NCBI GenBank assembly: GCA_900546825.1
Contig: UREE01000001.1
Location: 1,733-65,732, forward strand
Direction: 5' to 3'
DNA from: an uncultured Collinsella sp.
GTDB taxonomy: Bacteria; Actinomycetota; Coriobacteriia; Coriobacteriales; Coriobacteriaceae
DNA: 64,000 bases
Of the stretch, positions 34,715 through 44,822 are shown piece by piece. Every line of letters begins with the position of its first letter. Position 1 is the stretch's first letter. The translations under genes and the position numbers were made by a program. The notes below the pieces were generated by a model. The model was not told where the DNA came from. It worked only from the letters and a program-made list of their open reading frames with translations, and did no database searches.

Positions 34715-35564
34715 GGGAAAGCTCCCGAGCCAGGCACACAAAGTCGGCGACGCCGAGCGTCTCGGCGCGCGTGGTGGGCGCGATACCGCAAGCCTCAAAG
34801 GCGGCATCGAGCACGTCCTTGGCAAAGCCGTTGGCGCTCATGGAATTGCGGATGGTCTTGCGACGCTGAGCAAATGCAGCATCAATCACGCGGGCCACAA
34901 ATTCGCGATCGAGTCCTTCGGGCACCACACCGTCAACACGGTCGATACGCACGACGGCCGAGTCCACGTGTGGCGCCGGCATAAAGCAACGCGGCGGCAC
35001 CTCAAAGCGACCCGTTACCTGCGCATACAGGCCAAGCTTTGCCGTATAGCCGCCATAGGTCTTGTTGCCCGGCACTGCGGCAATGCGATCGGCAACCTCC
35101 TTTTGCACCATGACGACGGCGCGCTTGAGCGCCGGCATCGTCTGGAATAATTGCAAAATGATCGTCGCCGCCACGTTATAGGGCAAGTTCGCGACAAATA
35201 CCGTCGGCTCACCGCCCGCAGCCTGCTCAATCTGCCCCGGCGTCACCTTGAGCGCGTCGCCCATGATAAAGCGGAAGTTGGCATAGTCGGCGGCGTGGGC
35301 ATCGAGCACCGGCTCAAGCTCGGAATCGGCCTCAATGGACGTAACGCACGCCGCTTCCTGCAGCAACGCAAGTGTCAACGTACCGCAACCTGGACCCACC
35401 TCGAGTACGCGCTCGTCACCTGCAAGCTCGGTAAGCTCGCAGATACGTTCGATCACATGGTTGTCGATCAGGAAGTTCTGGCCCAGGCGATGCTTGGTCG
35501 CAAGGCCAAACTCCTCCAGCAGCTCCCTTGTTGCCGTGGGGTTTGCCAAAGGCGAAGTTGTCAT
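34704..35564 (-). CDS. rsmA: 16S rRNA (adenine1518/1519-N6)-dimethyltransferase RsmA/KsgA
   Basis: RLGQNFLIDNHVIERI...VLEVGPGCGTLT SAM-binding motif. Confidence 0.93.
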   Translation of the reverse strand: MTTSPLANPTATRELLEEFGLATKHRLGQNFLIDNHVIERICELTELAGDERVLEVGPGCGTLTLALLQEAACVTSIEADSELEPVLDAHAADYANFRFIMGDALKVTPGQIEQAAGGEPTVFVANLPYNVAATIILQLFQTMPALKRAVVMVQKEVADRIAAVPGNKTYGGYTAKLGLYAQVTGRFEVPPRCFMPAPHVDSAVVRIDRVDGVVPEGLDREFVARVIDAAFAQRRKTIRNSMSANGFAKDVLDAAFEACGIAPTTRAETLGVADFVCLARELSHDA

Positions 35565-35589
35565 AGTTGCCTCCTTAGCATGATGGCGG

Positions 35590-35625
35590 CGTCTTGAAAC
35601 AAAAGGGCATGGACCGTTGCGGCCA
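35590..35625 (-). terminator. rho-independent terminator after metG
   Basis: Minus strand reads AAGGGCATGGCC-GCAACGG-TCCATGCCCTT followed by TTGTTT. Confidence 0.6.
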
Positions 35626-35671
35626 TGCCCTTACATCTAAACAGCAAATTGCCGATATGGCGCGCGGCGTC

Positions 35672-37273
35672 TTAGCCCAGACGCGGGAACAGCGGCTCAC
35701 CCTTCTCGACGGGCTGACCACCGGCAAGCAGGCCCCAAGCGCAAATGCCCTTGAGGTCGTCGCTCGCGGCCTCGTCCTCGCAGGACAGGCGGCGCAGGGC
35801 TTCGGCAGAGGTCTGAGGCATGAGCGGCATCAGCAGGTGAGCGGCAATGCGGATGGCCTCGAGCAGGTTGTAGATCACAAATGCCAGCTCGTCAGCCTTA
35901 GCCTCATCCTTGGCAAGCGCCCAAGGCTCGGAGTCCTCGATGTAGTGGTTGGCGGCGTGGATGAGCTCCATAACCTCGTCCTTGGCTCCGCCGTAATCGA
36001 GCACGTCCATCTTGGCCATGTAGCGCTCGACCAGGCCGTCGGCGATCTTTGCCAGCGGGTTGTCGAACGCATCGAACGATGCGGGCTTGGCGGGCGCGCA
36101 GCCGTCAAAGTACTTGCCGCTCATGTTGAGCGAACGCGAGATGAGGTTGCCCCAGCTGTTGGCCAGGTCGGCGTTGTAGACCTGCTCCATGCGATCGAAG
36201 CTGATGGCGCCGTCGGTGCCGGGGACGACGTCGGTCATAAAGTAGTAGCGATAGCCCTCGACGCCCAGCATGTCGATAACGTCCTGCGGAGCGATAGCGT
36301 TGCCGCGGCTCTTGGACATCTTCTCGGCCTTGCCGGTCTCGGCATTGCGCACGGTCAGGAAGCCGTGGGCAAAAACGTGCTCGGGCAGGGCCTCGCCGAT
36401 GGCCATGAGCATGGCGGGCCAAATGACGCAGTGGAAGCGGATGATGTCCTTACCCACGATGTGGAACTGCGCGGGCCAGCGATAGGCCAGCTCGGCACGC
36501 GCCTCGTCGGTATCGACACCGTAGCCGACGGCCGTCATATAGTTGAGCAGCGCATCGAACCACACGTAGGTCACGTGGCCCTCGTCAAACGGGACCTGAA
36601 TGCCCCAGTCAAAGCTCGTGCGGCTCACGGAAAGGTCGTTAAGGCCGCCCTCGACAAAGCTGCGCACCTCGTTCATGCGGAACGCAGGCTCGACAAAGTC
36701 AGGATGCTCGTCATAGAGCTTGAGCAGCTTGTCCTGGAAGGCGGAAAGCTTAAAGAAGTAGGACTCCTCCTGCACGCGCTCAAGCGGACGGTGGCAGTCG
36801 GGGCACAGGTGCTGGCCGACGCTGCCGTACTCCTCGTCGCCCTTCTGGACCTGCGTATCGGTGAAGTAGGTCTCGTCAGGCACGCAATACCAGCCGTCGT
36901 AGCTGCCCTTATACAGGTAACCGGACTCCTTCATGCGCTCCCACAGGTACTGCACGGCATGATGCTGGCGCGGCTCGGTGGTGCGGATGAAGTCGTCGTT
37001 GGAAATCTCGAGCTTGCTCCAAAGCTCCTTGAAGTGCGGGGCCTGGCTGTCGGTCCACTCCTGCGGCGTCATACCATGCTTGGCTGCGGCCTCGGCGACC
37101 TTCTCGCCGTGCTCGTCCATGCCGGTCAGGAACTTGACGTTATAGCCGGCGGAGCGGCGATAGCGAGCCTGAACGTCGGCGATGATGGTGGAATAAGCCG
37201 TGCCCAGGTGCGGATCGGCGTTGACGTAGTAGATGGGCGTCGTGATAAAGAACGAAGGCTTGCTTTGATCCAT
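35672..37273 (-). CDS. metG: methionine--tRNA ligase (short form, no C-terminal tRNA-binding domain)
   Basis: HLGTAYSTIIADV (HIGH-like) and KMSKSRGN motifs; zinc knuckle CPDCHRP. Confidence 0.93.
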   Translation of the reverse strand: MDQSKPSFFITTPIYYVNADPHLGTAYSTIIADVQARYRRSAGYNVKFLTGMDEHGEKVAEAAAKHGMTPQEWTDSQAPHFKELWSKLEISNDDFIRTTEPRQHHAVQYLWERMKESGYLYKGSYDGWYCVPDETYFTDTQVQKGDEEYGSVGQHLCPDCHRPLERVQEESYFFKLSAFQDKLLKLYDEHPDFVEPAFRMNEVRSFVEGGLNDLSVSRTSFDWGIQVPFDEGHVTYVWFDALLNYMTAVGYGVDTDEARAELAYRWPAQFHIVGKDIIRFHCVIWPAMLMAIGEALPEHVFAHGFLTVRNAETGKAEKMSKSRGNAIAPQDVIDMLGVEGYRYYFMTDVVPGTDGAISFDRMEQVYNADLANSWGNLISRSLNMSGKYFDGCAPAKPASFDAFDNPLAKIADGLVERYMAKMDVLDYGGAKDEVMELIHAANHYIEDSEPWALAKDEAKADELAFVIYNLLEAIRIAAHLLMPLMPQTSAEALRRLSCEDEAASDDLKGICAWGLLAGGQPVEKGEPLFPRLG

Positions 37274-37342
37274 GGGGTTTGTCCTCCAGAAAAACGTTGC
37301 ATACAGGGGATGATTCTAGCGCAAGGGCTGGATATCCTCCAT

Positions 37343-38221
37343 CTATTGCATATCGAGCACCATGGCATAGACATCGCGCTTGCGGCGCGAATACTTCTGA
37401 GACAGGCGCTTGGCCACCGCAGAGGCGGGCTCCCCCTCCTCGAGTGCGGCGCGGATATCCTCGCGCAGGGCCTCATCGGGATCCGCTGCCGCGGCGCCAA
37501 CCGGCACGATGCCGACATCCTCGTCCTCGCTCGGCGGCGCGATGACCAGCGCAATCTCGCCCTTTACCTCGCCGCGAGCACGCAGCTCTTCGGCGAGCTG
37601 GGCGGCGGGCCCGCGCAAGACCTCCTCGTGCAGCTTGGTGAGTTCGCGGCAGACGGCAACCTCACGCTGGGGAAAGACCTCCGCCACGGCCTCGAGCGTC
37701 GCCACGATGCGATGTGGAGACTCGTAGAAGATGAGTGCGCCGGGCACCACGGCAAGGCGCTGCAAACGACGCACGCGGTCGCCGTGCTTTCGGCCCAAAA
37801 AGCCCTCGAAGAAAAAATGCTCACAGGGAATGCCGGACGAAACGAGCGCCGTGACGCAAGCAGAGGGCCCGGGGATAACTTCGACGGGCACATCGGCCTC
37901 ACGTGCCGCCTCGACCAGCGCCTGGCCGGGATCGGACACGCTCGGCATGCCGGCGTCCGAGGCAAAGGCGAGGGTCTCCCCCGCCAGCAGACGGTCGACC
38001 AGGCCGGCGGCGCGGCTGGCGATCACATTCTCGTCGCAACGGACAAGCGGCTTGGAAATTCCCAGGTGCATCAGCAGCTTTGACGTCACACGCGTGTCTT
38101 CGCAGCAAATGGCATCGGCGGCGGCAAACGCCTCGCCAACGCGCGGGGACAGGTCGCCCAGGTTACCGATGGGCGTGCCGACCACATAGAGTTTGCCCGT
38201 GTGGGCGCTGTTTTGCGTCAT
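37343..38221 (-). CDS. rsmI: 16S rRNA (cytidine1402-2'-O)-methyltransferase RsmI
   Basis: LYVVGTPIGNLGDLS...CEDTRVTSKLL tetrapyrrole-methylase-like fold typical of RsmI. Confidence 0.9.
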   Translation of the reverse strand: MTQNSAHTGKLYVVGTPIGNLGDLSPRVGEAFAAADAICCEDTRVTSKLLMHLGISKPLVRCDENVIASRAAGLVDRLLAGETLAFASDAGMPSVSDPGQALVEAAREADVPVEVIPGPSACVTALVSSGIPCEHFFFEGFLGRKHGDRVRRLQRLAVVPGALIFYESPHRIVATLEAVAEVFPQREVAVCRELTKLHEEVLRGPAAQLAEELRARGEVKGEIALVIAPPSEDEDVGIVPVGAAAADPDEALREDIRAALEEGEPASAVAKRLSQKYSRRKRDVYAMVLDMQ

Positions 38222-38227
38222 ATCAAC

Positions 38228-39292
38228 CTATTCAATCATGCCGCGTTCGAGCGTACCGAGCGCCGCGCGAGCGTCCCATGCTGCAATGCGCTTCTCGGTC
38301 TTCCACGTTTGGAAGAACCAACCGGCAGCCGGCGCAAACGAAGCCAGCTGGTTGGCGATAAACACGCGCTCGTAGGCATTGCGGCCCTCGGGCGTAACCG
38401 ACGAGTTGGCAAAGATCGCCGCACCCGACCATTCGCCCACCAGCACGGGGAACCCAGTCGAAATCGCTTCTTTAAGCTCGCGCTTGTTACGCGAAATCGC
38501 CGTCGTCAGCCCGCGAGGGCTCGTGATGTCGAGCGCATACTCGTCGCGGTAATGGTACAGGTGAAGATCCATGTAGACGTTCTTGTACTTGGCGCCGCGC
38601 ATAAAATGCTTCCACTCGCTGGGATGCCCCGACGACGAGAAGACGACGATCTTATCCTCGGGCATATACGAACGGACGAGCTCGTAGGCATCGCGATAGA
38701 AATTGCGCAGGTAGTGAGCAGGAATGCCATCCGTCATGGTGAAGAGGCTCTTGCGAACGCTCATCTGCGGCGTGTCCAGCAGCTCAATGCCCAGCAGGCT
38801 CTCGGCCTCGCCATAGCGATCGGCCAAGCGCTCGAGCACGTCGAGTGCGACATGACGGCCGTTGGTGGACGAATGCCACTCGGCAACAGCCTCCGGCGTG
38901 GTGGGCGAATCGTTGGAATCGCCCTGGCCACCGGGCACGGTTGCCAGATCGAGCAGCACGCGGATGTCGTACTTGGCAGCCCACTCAATTGCGCGGTCGA
39001 TGTAATCGACAACCGATATGTAGGAGGCATCGGACTCCTGTGAGCCAAAGGCATACCAGGGCACCGGCAGACGCACGGCATTGAGACCGATCTGCGCCAT
39101 GCGGCGAAAATCGTCCTCGCTCACAAACGTCTCGTAATGGCGGCGCATGCGCTCGTTATAGGCGGCGGTACCCATGGCCTCCTGTAGCTCAGCCGCGTTG
39201 GATGCACCGGTCGCCGCGTACAGCGACGGGGTCACCCAGGGCTCGGGAATAAACCAGCCAGAGAGATTAACGCCGAGTATCCTCTCCATCAC
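38228..39292 (-). CDS. glycoside hydrolase family 5 protein (beta-glucosidase/cellulase-like)
   Basis: GH5 (beta/alpha)8 signatures including NEP motif region (VGEWSGA) and conserved aromatic positions; 354 aa. Confidence 0.7.
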   Translation of the reverse strand: MMERILGVNLSGWFIPEPWVTPSLYAATGASNAAELQEAMGTAAYNERMRRHYETFVSEDDFRRMAQIGLNAVRLPVPWYAFGSQESDASYISVVDYIDRAIEWAAKYDIRVLLDLATVPGGQGDSNDSPTTPEAVAEWHSSTNGRHVALDVLERLADRYGEAESLLGIELLDTPQMSVRKSLFTMTDGIPAHYLRNFYRDAYELVRSYMPEDKIVVFSSSGHPSEWKHFMRGAKYKNVYMDLHLYHYRDEYALDITSPRGLTTAISRNKRELKEAISTGFPVLVGEWSGAAIFANSSVTPEGRNAYERVFIANQLASFAPAAGWFFQTWKTEKRIAAWDARAALGTLERGMIE

Positions 39293-39584
39293 TGCCCCCT
39301 TCGGATCATGCAGGTCGAACCCGCATCGTATTGCGTAGGATAAGTATCGTTTTGAGTATACCCGCGTGTGCGGACAGGCGACCGAACGGTCTGCAAAGTG
39401 ACGCGAAAGTGGGAGGAACGTCTGGGAGCAGACGGACTCGGAATGGCGCGACGAGGTGTGTACGCGCGCCGGAGGCAGGCACCGGAAAGTGTGTCCCGTT
39501 CTGAGCCCTTATTCTGGGACGCAGTTTCCGCAGAACCCTACATAAAAGAAAAGGACCCCTTTGCAGAGGTCCTAGTCAATTCAA

Positions 39585-39659
<75 letters not shown>

Positions 39660-39782
39660 ATTTGAGGTGTGCCTTGTTTCAAGGCTTGATTAGTATAACC
39701 AAGGACGCGTTCCGGTCAACCGAGAATTTCAAAAAAGTTTTTGAGCACAGCCTCGGTTCTTTAAATCGGCACGTCAGAGGCA

Positions 39783-40070
39783 TCAGCCGGCAGCAAGAAG
39801 TTTTTCGCTCAGAGCCGCACGGGCAAACTCACTTGGCGTCATCCCCTCGGCAGCCGCCCGTCGACGAATGGCCTCCTTCATTCCCAGAGGAATCTTGACC
39901 GACAGCGTTGCCGTCCCCTCACCTGAGAGTGGGGGCCGTCCATGCACGATCCCACCAACGGTGTGTTCGCCATCCGGAAACTCTCCGCGCTCGTACGACT
40001 CGCACCACGCGTCAATCATTTCATCCGTTACAACCTGACCATTAGCGGCCGTATACGTCTTGCCCATCAT
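39783..40070 (-). CDS. type II antitoxin, ribbon-helix-helix (BrnA/CopG-like)
   Basis: 95 aa; C-terminal ...GRPPLSGEGTATLSVKIPLGMKEAIRRRAAAEGMTPSEFARAALSEKL RHH pattern; overlaps upstream partner by 29 nt. Confidence 0.65.
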   Translation of the reverse strand: MMGKTYTAANGQVVTDEMIDAWCESYERGEFPDGEHTVGGIVHGRPPLSGEGTATLSVKIPLGMKEAIRRRAAAEGMTPSEFARAALSEKLLAAG

Positions 40071-40334
40071 CGACCCCTTTGCCGAGCCCGTTCAATCTCC
40101 TGCCAAAATTTCTTCTGGACTGGAGACAAGGCATGAATGATAAGCCCCCACGGACAAGCTCGACCGCGACAAGCTCCACGCTTCGTCCGTCTGGGAGCCA
40201 TCCAATCGCAAGCCATCTCGGCGGCTCGTCCTTCGGCTCGCGACGAATGCACTCAGTAACCGCAAGCCAAGCGCTAAGCACCTGCTTTTCCGTCAGGTGC
40301 TTTTTAGCGTTGGGATGGATCTCAACATCCATGC
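40042..40334 (-). CDS. putative type II toxin (RelE/ParE-superfamily-like or BrnT-like), about 98 aa
   Basis: Start at internal MDVEIHPNAKKHLTEKQ...; small basic protein immediately upstream of, and overlapping, the RHH antitoxin gene. Confidence 0.5.
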
Positions 40335-40390
40335 ATCTTCTCCTCCATCTTACCCAATTTCGTATGACGAAAGTCCGCTGTCGCCAATTC

Positions 40391-40771
40391 TTAAGCCGGC
40401 ACGCGTTGGAGAGCAGGGGTCGAAACAATGATTGAAGAACGCTCTAGTACGGCCCAGGCGCCGGGGCAGGAGCACATACGCCAGGGACGTACGTTTTCGT
40501 AGCATACGAGGACATAGCCACGTGCATCGATAAAGGCGATATCGATGGGATAGGCCATAAAACACGTATGGACCGAAGAGCAGCGTGGAAATGCCATGAC
40601 GAGCGGCAGACCGTTGGCGGCAACCGGACACCGTCCCAGCATGCCGCGCAGGCGCACGGCAAACGACTCCGCCACCGCAAACTCGGCCGGCGTCCAGCCC
40701 AGCCTATTGAGTGCCCGCGCGTAGGCGATGTAGGACGAGACCGCGGTCACATGACCACCCCCGGACGCCAT
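40391..40771 (-). CDS. DUF192-domain protein
   Basis: FAVRLRGMLGR...GLPLVMAFPRCSSVHTCFMAYPIDIAFIDARGYVLVCYENVRPW...AWAVLE matches the DUF192 (COG1430) core. Start uncertain (40771 or 40855). Confidence 0.65.
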   Translation of the reverse strand: MASGGGHVTAVSSYIAYARALNRLGWTPAEFAVAESFAVRLRGMLGRCPVAANGLPLVMAFPRCSSVHTCFMAYPIDIAFIDARGYVLVCYENVRPWRMCSCPGAWAVLERSSIIVSTPALQRVPA

Positions 40772-41223
40772 GGATCGACCGTCACCGCGCGCTCGTGCGA
40801 CAACGTTGTCGGCGCCCCCAGCGGAACGCCAGCGATGCTGAGAGAAGTCGGCCACGGCTCATAGTGCATGGTGCAGGTGTAGGTCCTAAACGTACCGGAT
40901 AGGGAGAGCAGGCCACCATCCGATGCCTCCGCGCCTTGCTCGCTCGACACTTCGATCTGCAAGTCATAGCCTTCCATGGCATTCAGAATTTGAGTCCGGA
41001 CCGTCGCCGAGGCATCGACAGAGCTTTCGTCGCCCTCCCCGCTCGGCGCCACGGCGTGCGCCAACACGATGTCGGGCACCACGCGGTCGAAGCGCGCGAC
41101 AGCGCTGGCATAGATCATGACGTTGTATACGATGAGTGCCAGCACCAGCAAAACGGGCGTAACCACTGCTATCTCCACCGTCGCTTGGGCGCGCTCCTCG
41201 CGCAGACGCATGCGGATACTCAT
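40747..41223 (-). CDS. TadE-like Flp pilus assembly protein (pseudopilin)
   Basis: Start MSIRMRLREERAQATVEIAVVTPVLLVLALIVYN is the TadE N-terminal motif. Its ATG overlaps the upstream stop (TAATG). Confidence 0.8.
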   Translation of the reverse strand: MSIRMRLREERAQATVEIAVVTPVLLVLALIVYNVMIYASAVARFDRVVPDIVLAHAVAPSGEGDESSVDASATVRTQILNAMEGYDLQIEVSSEQGAEASDGGLLSLSGTFRTYTCTMHYEPWPTSLSIAGVPLGAPTTLSHERAVTVDPWRPGVVM

Positions 41224-43283
41224 TACGACCCACCGCCCAGAGCGCCAACCAGCGTGGCGACATCGACGGTGAGCGGGATGGAGCCGCCGCCGGGCAGAGG
41301 AATCTCCGCAAGCGTGAACACCGTACCGCTGATGGTGCGTTCGACTTGATATTCCAACGCCTCGCAAAGCGCCTTGGGATCGGTCACGCCCAACGGAATA
41401 CTTCGCAGTTTGTCTTGCGCTTGAGAGAGACCAGCAATGTCAGACCCCGAGCTCTTAATGACGTTGGCGGAATCAGTCAGCACCGGCTTTCGCAGGCGCA
41501 AGTCGCACGGTTCCAAACCCAGCGCCGCCACGGACGCCGAAACGGTATCGCCGAGCCACGATGCGATGGAGCCCAACGCGCCGCTGCCCCCTCCTAGGCC
41601 TTTAATCATCTCGTCCATAAGTTCGTCGGCCGAACCTTGGATGTCTCCGTATCCCACAAGCAGCCGTCCCCAGACATCCATGACGCCATCGAGTACGCCG
41701 GCAACGCCACCCGAGCGTTCCTTCAATGTCGAGAAAAATCGCGAAAGCACGTTGTTTTGCGCCGTCGCCTCATCGGGCGCCAGCACCGCGGCAGAGATGG
41801 CACCGCGATCGCCAAGCCTGACTGCCGTGTTAAACGAAGAGTTGAGCTCATCGGGGCTCGAGATGGCACCCGAAACCGCAAAGGCAACCACGCCGTTGCG
41901 ACCGGGCGGAGCGATACGCGGACGCTCGCCCGAAAGCGCTTTAATGGCCTGGTCAAACGCATTGCTCGCACGGTCGGCCTCATCCTCGGTCTGACGCATG
42001 AGCTCAAGCTCTTTGTTCCGACATTTGACGTATTCCTCCAAGGCCTTTTTGAACTCGTCGAAGTGATATTCGAAGCCGTTTTCGATAGAGGTTGAAGGCG
42101 CCGCAACAGCACCAAGCGACAAAACGCCAAAATGGCATTTGCTGCATTTATCCTGTCCATCGTAATCGGCAACCGAAGCAAATCCGCTCGGCGTCCCTTT
42201 CTTATAGTTAGGGCAGGTCGTCCCGTAATGCAGATACGCCTTGTCATCGTTCACGCTAGTCGGCCACACCGCATCGGTATAGAGTTCCGTCGCCCGAACC
42301 TCATCAGAGTTGCGCGGCAGCAGCGGAATATAGGAGGAAACCCTGTCTCCGTTCTCGGTTATATGCGCCCGATCGACCTCCGCGCTCGCATAGGTATAAA
42401 ACGCCTTACGCGCCGCAGACTCTGCCTTCATCTCGACACTCGAGCCGTGGGGCTTCTCATTTGTCAGACGCCAATGGTAGTAGTCCTTCGCGCGATCAAG
42501 GGCAACTTGGGGCTCCCACGTAACGCTCGATGAGTAATGCGGATTTTGAACACCGGAGAGATCCGTTAGGCTTTTCGCACGCTCCCACATGCAAGAACAG
42601 CTGCCGACCGAGCCCTTGTCAGACCCACCACAATCCGCCAGCCAAGCACGCTCTTTAGCCTTCGCCGTGTCCTCAGAAGCCTTCCGCAGCTCCTCGGCCG
42701 CACACTCTAAATCATCTGATGTGTCTTTAATGGCATCGGTCGAGATCTCGGACCCCTCGAGCGCAGCGAAGTCAGACTCGGATGTCCTGGGCACGGCAAG
42801 CGCCGTACCGGTATAGGTCACACTATCGGTATCCTGCGCCGACACCGCCTGCGTGGCACGCGCGGCGATCAGATACGGCAGAGCCGTCTCGATTTTCTGT
42901 AAGCCTTCCGATGCGCTTTTGGCAAACTTGTTGCGCGTTTTAATGATCTCAATCCCGGTGTCGACCATATTGCCGGCAACCGGCTCGGCACCCGGGATGA
43001 GGATGGCGACCAGGCCCGTCCCGATCGTGGCAAACCCCGCCAGCCCCAGACTCAAGATGCTCGCATCAACCACCGTGGCAGCCGTGTGATAGGACGACAC
43101 TACGTTGGCACCCGCCAGCGCGCCACTATCAGCCGCCACCTGAGTATCCCCGGCACGCGACATGCTCCATATCGCCGCGGTCGACGAAAACAACAATGTG
43201 AGCACCACTAGGATGACCACGGCAGAAGAAAGCGTGGTATAGGCGCCGTCTTCGATAAACAGATCGACACCGGCTCGACCCAT
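41223..43283 (-). CDS. giant TadG-like pilus-associated protein (about 690-755 aa) with Cys clusters
   Basis: N-terminal TM plus DTQVAADSGALAGANVV (TadG-N-like AADAAALAGA motif). Long extracellular region with C-x11-CSC and CSKCH motifs. Start ambiguous (43283, or 43490 per ORF track). Confidence 0.7.
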   Translation of the reverse strand: MGRAGVDLFIEDGAYTTLSSAVVILVVLTLLFSSTAAIWSMSRAGDTQVAADSGALAGANVVSSYHTAATVVDASILSLGLAGFATIGTGLVAILIPGAEPVAGNMVDTGIEIIKTRNKFAKSASEGLQKIETALPYLIAARATQAVSAQDTDSVTYTGTALAVPRTSESDFAALEGSEISTDAIKDTSDDLECAAEELRKASEDTAKAKERAWLADCGGSDKGSVGSCSCMWERAKSLTDLSGVQNPHYSSSVTWEPQVALDRAKDYYHWRLTNEKPHGSSVEMKAESAARKAFYTYASAEVDRAHITENGDRVSSYIPLLPRNSDEVRATELYTDAVWPTSVNDDKAYLHYGTTCPNYKKGTPSGFASVADYDGQDKCSKCHFGVLSLGAVAAPSTSIENGFEYHFDEFKKALEEYVKCRNKELELMRQTEDEADRASNAFDQAIKALSGERPRIAPPGRNGVVAFAVSGAISSPDELNSSFNTAVRLGDRGAISAAVLAPDEATAQNNVLSRFFSTLKERSGGVAGVLDGVMDVWGRLLVGYGDIQGSADELMDEMIKGLGGGSGALGSIASWLGDTVSASVAALGLEPCDLRLRKPVLTDSANVIKSSGSDIAGLSQAQDKLRSIPLGVTDPKALCEALEYQVERTISGTVFTLAEIPLPGGGSIPLTVDVATLVGALGGGS

Positions 43284-43359
43284 AAAGCCGCCTCGTTTGC
43301 GGAGAGCGCCTGGTCGACGGCGGGCCGCAAACCCTTGCGTCACCCGCAACAGGCAGCGC

Positions 43360-43896
43360 CTAATCCCATGCAGCAATCCACGAATCATAATCTCCCTCCA
43401 GCCATTCGGGACGCGATTGATACGAGACATCGACCTTGAGCTCAACGTAGCCGCCCTCGGCGGTACCACCCATAGCCTGCGCAAACGCACCGATCACAGG
43501 CAACGGCTTGACCTCGCCGGAAACGGACACGGACGAGACGCCACCCGCACCGGCCCGGCCAAGCTCGATATCCCACGACAACGGCCCGCCGGCATGAAAG
43601 ATCGAAACGTTGGGCACTGCGGCAAGTCGGCGGCGGGTGAACTCCTTAAGATCGTCGTCCTCCGCCGTCGTCGTGGTCATGAGCCGCGCGGTCTCGGCGG
43701 CGGCAGACTCCATGACCGCGCGCGTATAGAGCAGGCACACCGGTTGCAGCGCGAGAAGGATGAGTGTCAGAAACGTCGGCAGCAAAAAAGCGGCCTCGAC
43801 CGTAGACTGCGCCCGGTCCTCGCGCGCGGCATCAATACAACGCGATGTCCTTAGCGGCCGCAGCGGCGTCGATAACCGACGTCGAGGCAACGCCAT
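43360..43896 (-). CDS. TadE-like protein
   Basis: EDRAQSTVEAAFLLPTFLTLILLALQPVCLLYTRAVMESAAAETARL TadE N-terminal motif. The upstream part of the 313-aa ORF is probably non-coding. Confidence 0.7.
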   Translation of the reverse strand: MALPRRRLSTPLRPLRTSRCIDAAREDRAQSTVEAAFLLPTFLTLILLALQPVCLLYTRAVMESAAAETARLMTTTTAEDDDLKEFTRRRLAAVPNVSIFHAGGPLSWDIELGRAGAGGVSSVSVSGEVKPLPVIGAFAQAMGGTAEGGYVELKVDVSYQSRPEWLEGDYDSWIAAWD

Positions 43897-44050
43897 GGGA
43901 TGCCGCCCGCTCAACCAGCGCCGCCAAGCGCCCATCGGTGCCGGCACGCCAAAGTCCCGCGATCGCCAGCACGATCGATAACAGCGCCACCGTGACGATG
44001 GCGTATTCGACCGTCGCCTGGGCAGATTCCTCACGCAGGACATCATGCAT
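43832..44050 (-). CDS. small TadE/Flp-like pseudopilin (72 aa)
   Basis: MHDVLREESAQATVEYAIVTVALLSIVLAIAGLW: the Flp/TadE-type class III signal motif. Confidence 0.65.
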   Translation of the reverse strand: MHDVLREESAQATVEYAIVTVALLSIVLAIAGLWRAGTDGRLAALVERAASHGVASTSVIDAAAAAKDIALY

Positions 44051-44051
44051 T

Positions 44052-44615
44052 TCACGATCCCTCCTTTGAGTCCGTTGCCTGCGGGCTCAGGCGCACGGCG
44101 CGCAGACGACACGAAGCATCGCCAGCATCCGCGGCAATTGTCACCATATCGACCCAGCCGCGTTCGTCGCGCACGATGGCGCCCCACACGTTTCCCTTGA
44201 TGTCGAGATAGCCGCTCAGAGCAAGTTGCGCCGTGGGTACCTCGCGATAGGCACGCAGCATATCCGCCGCCGCTTCGGTCATCGGTCGGTCCTCGGACCA
44301 TGCAAGCCGGACCGCAATCGCGTTGCCCTCAGGCGAATCCGTCGCAGTGCCAGACCGCTTGTCGAGCGTCCGCAGAAAGGTTTGCGCCGTGACAGCGACA
44401 TCCGAATCGTCCGCATCTCGCATCTCATCTTTTTGAGACGCCACCGCCGAATCTGAGCCCAAATCGGAGGCGGTCCCAGGACGCTGCTGCCGCGCGGCGT
44501 TAAGCCCCCAAAGCACCGCCGCTATCGCCACGGTCAGGCAAGCAAACACCAGCAGCACCCCGATGGGGCGCTCGCCCTCTACAGGCTGTTGATGCCCTCG
44601 CTGATAGCGTTCCAT
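44052..44615 (-). CDS. hypothetical membrane-anchored protein in tad locus
   Basis: 187 aa; N-terminal TM (IGVLLVFACLTVAIAAVLWGL) then acidic extracytoplasmic domain. Confidence 0.55.
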   Translation of the reverse strand: MERYQRGHQQPVEGERPIGVLLVFACLTVAIAAVLWGLNAARQQRPGTASDLGSDSAVASQKDEMRDADDSDVAVTAQTFLRTLDKRSGTATDSPEGNAIAVRLAWSEDRPMTEAAADMLRAYREVPTAQLALSGYLDIKGNVWGAIVRDERGWVDMVTIAADAGDASCRLRAVRLSPQATDSKEGS

Positions 44616-44812
44616 AGATCTTGGACCTTGCCCTTAAATGCGACGATGGCGATAATCGCGATCACCACGAGCACGCCGACCAAGATGGCATACTCGGTGG
44701 TACCCTGTGCACTCTCCTCCTGCAATAGTTCCTTGGCGCGCTGACGAACATGTGCCGCCCGGCAAAACGCCCAGCCCTGGACCTTGCCAGCAGCGTCAGT
44801 CATCGTGTTCAT
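44579..44812 (-). CDS. flp: Flp-family type IVb pilin
   Basis: LLQEESAQGTTEYAILVGVLVVIAIIAIVAFKGKV: the Flp motif (G/TTEY... hydrophobic stretch); 60-77 aa depending on start. Confidence 0.85.
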   Translation of the reverse strand: MNTMTDAAGKVQGWAFCRAAHVRQRAKELLQEESAQGTTEYAILVGVLVVIAIIAIVAFKGKVQDLWNAISEGINSL

Positions 44813-44822
44813 GTATTCCTCC

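Noticed and set aside
35594-38083. 829-aa plus-strand ORF
   Set aside because: Antisense to metG and rsmI, both of which carry diagnostic motifs (KMSKS etc.); low-complexity translation.
43360-44301. Full 313-aa ORF as a single protein
   Set aside because: The N-terminal about 150 residues are Arg/Cys-rich low-complexity and overlap the 72-aa Flp/TadE-like gene in another frame. Only the TadE-like C-terminal part (from about 43896) looks coding.
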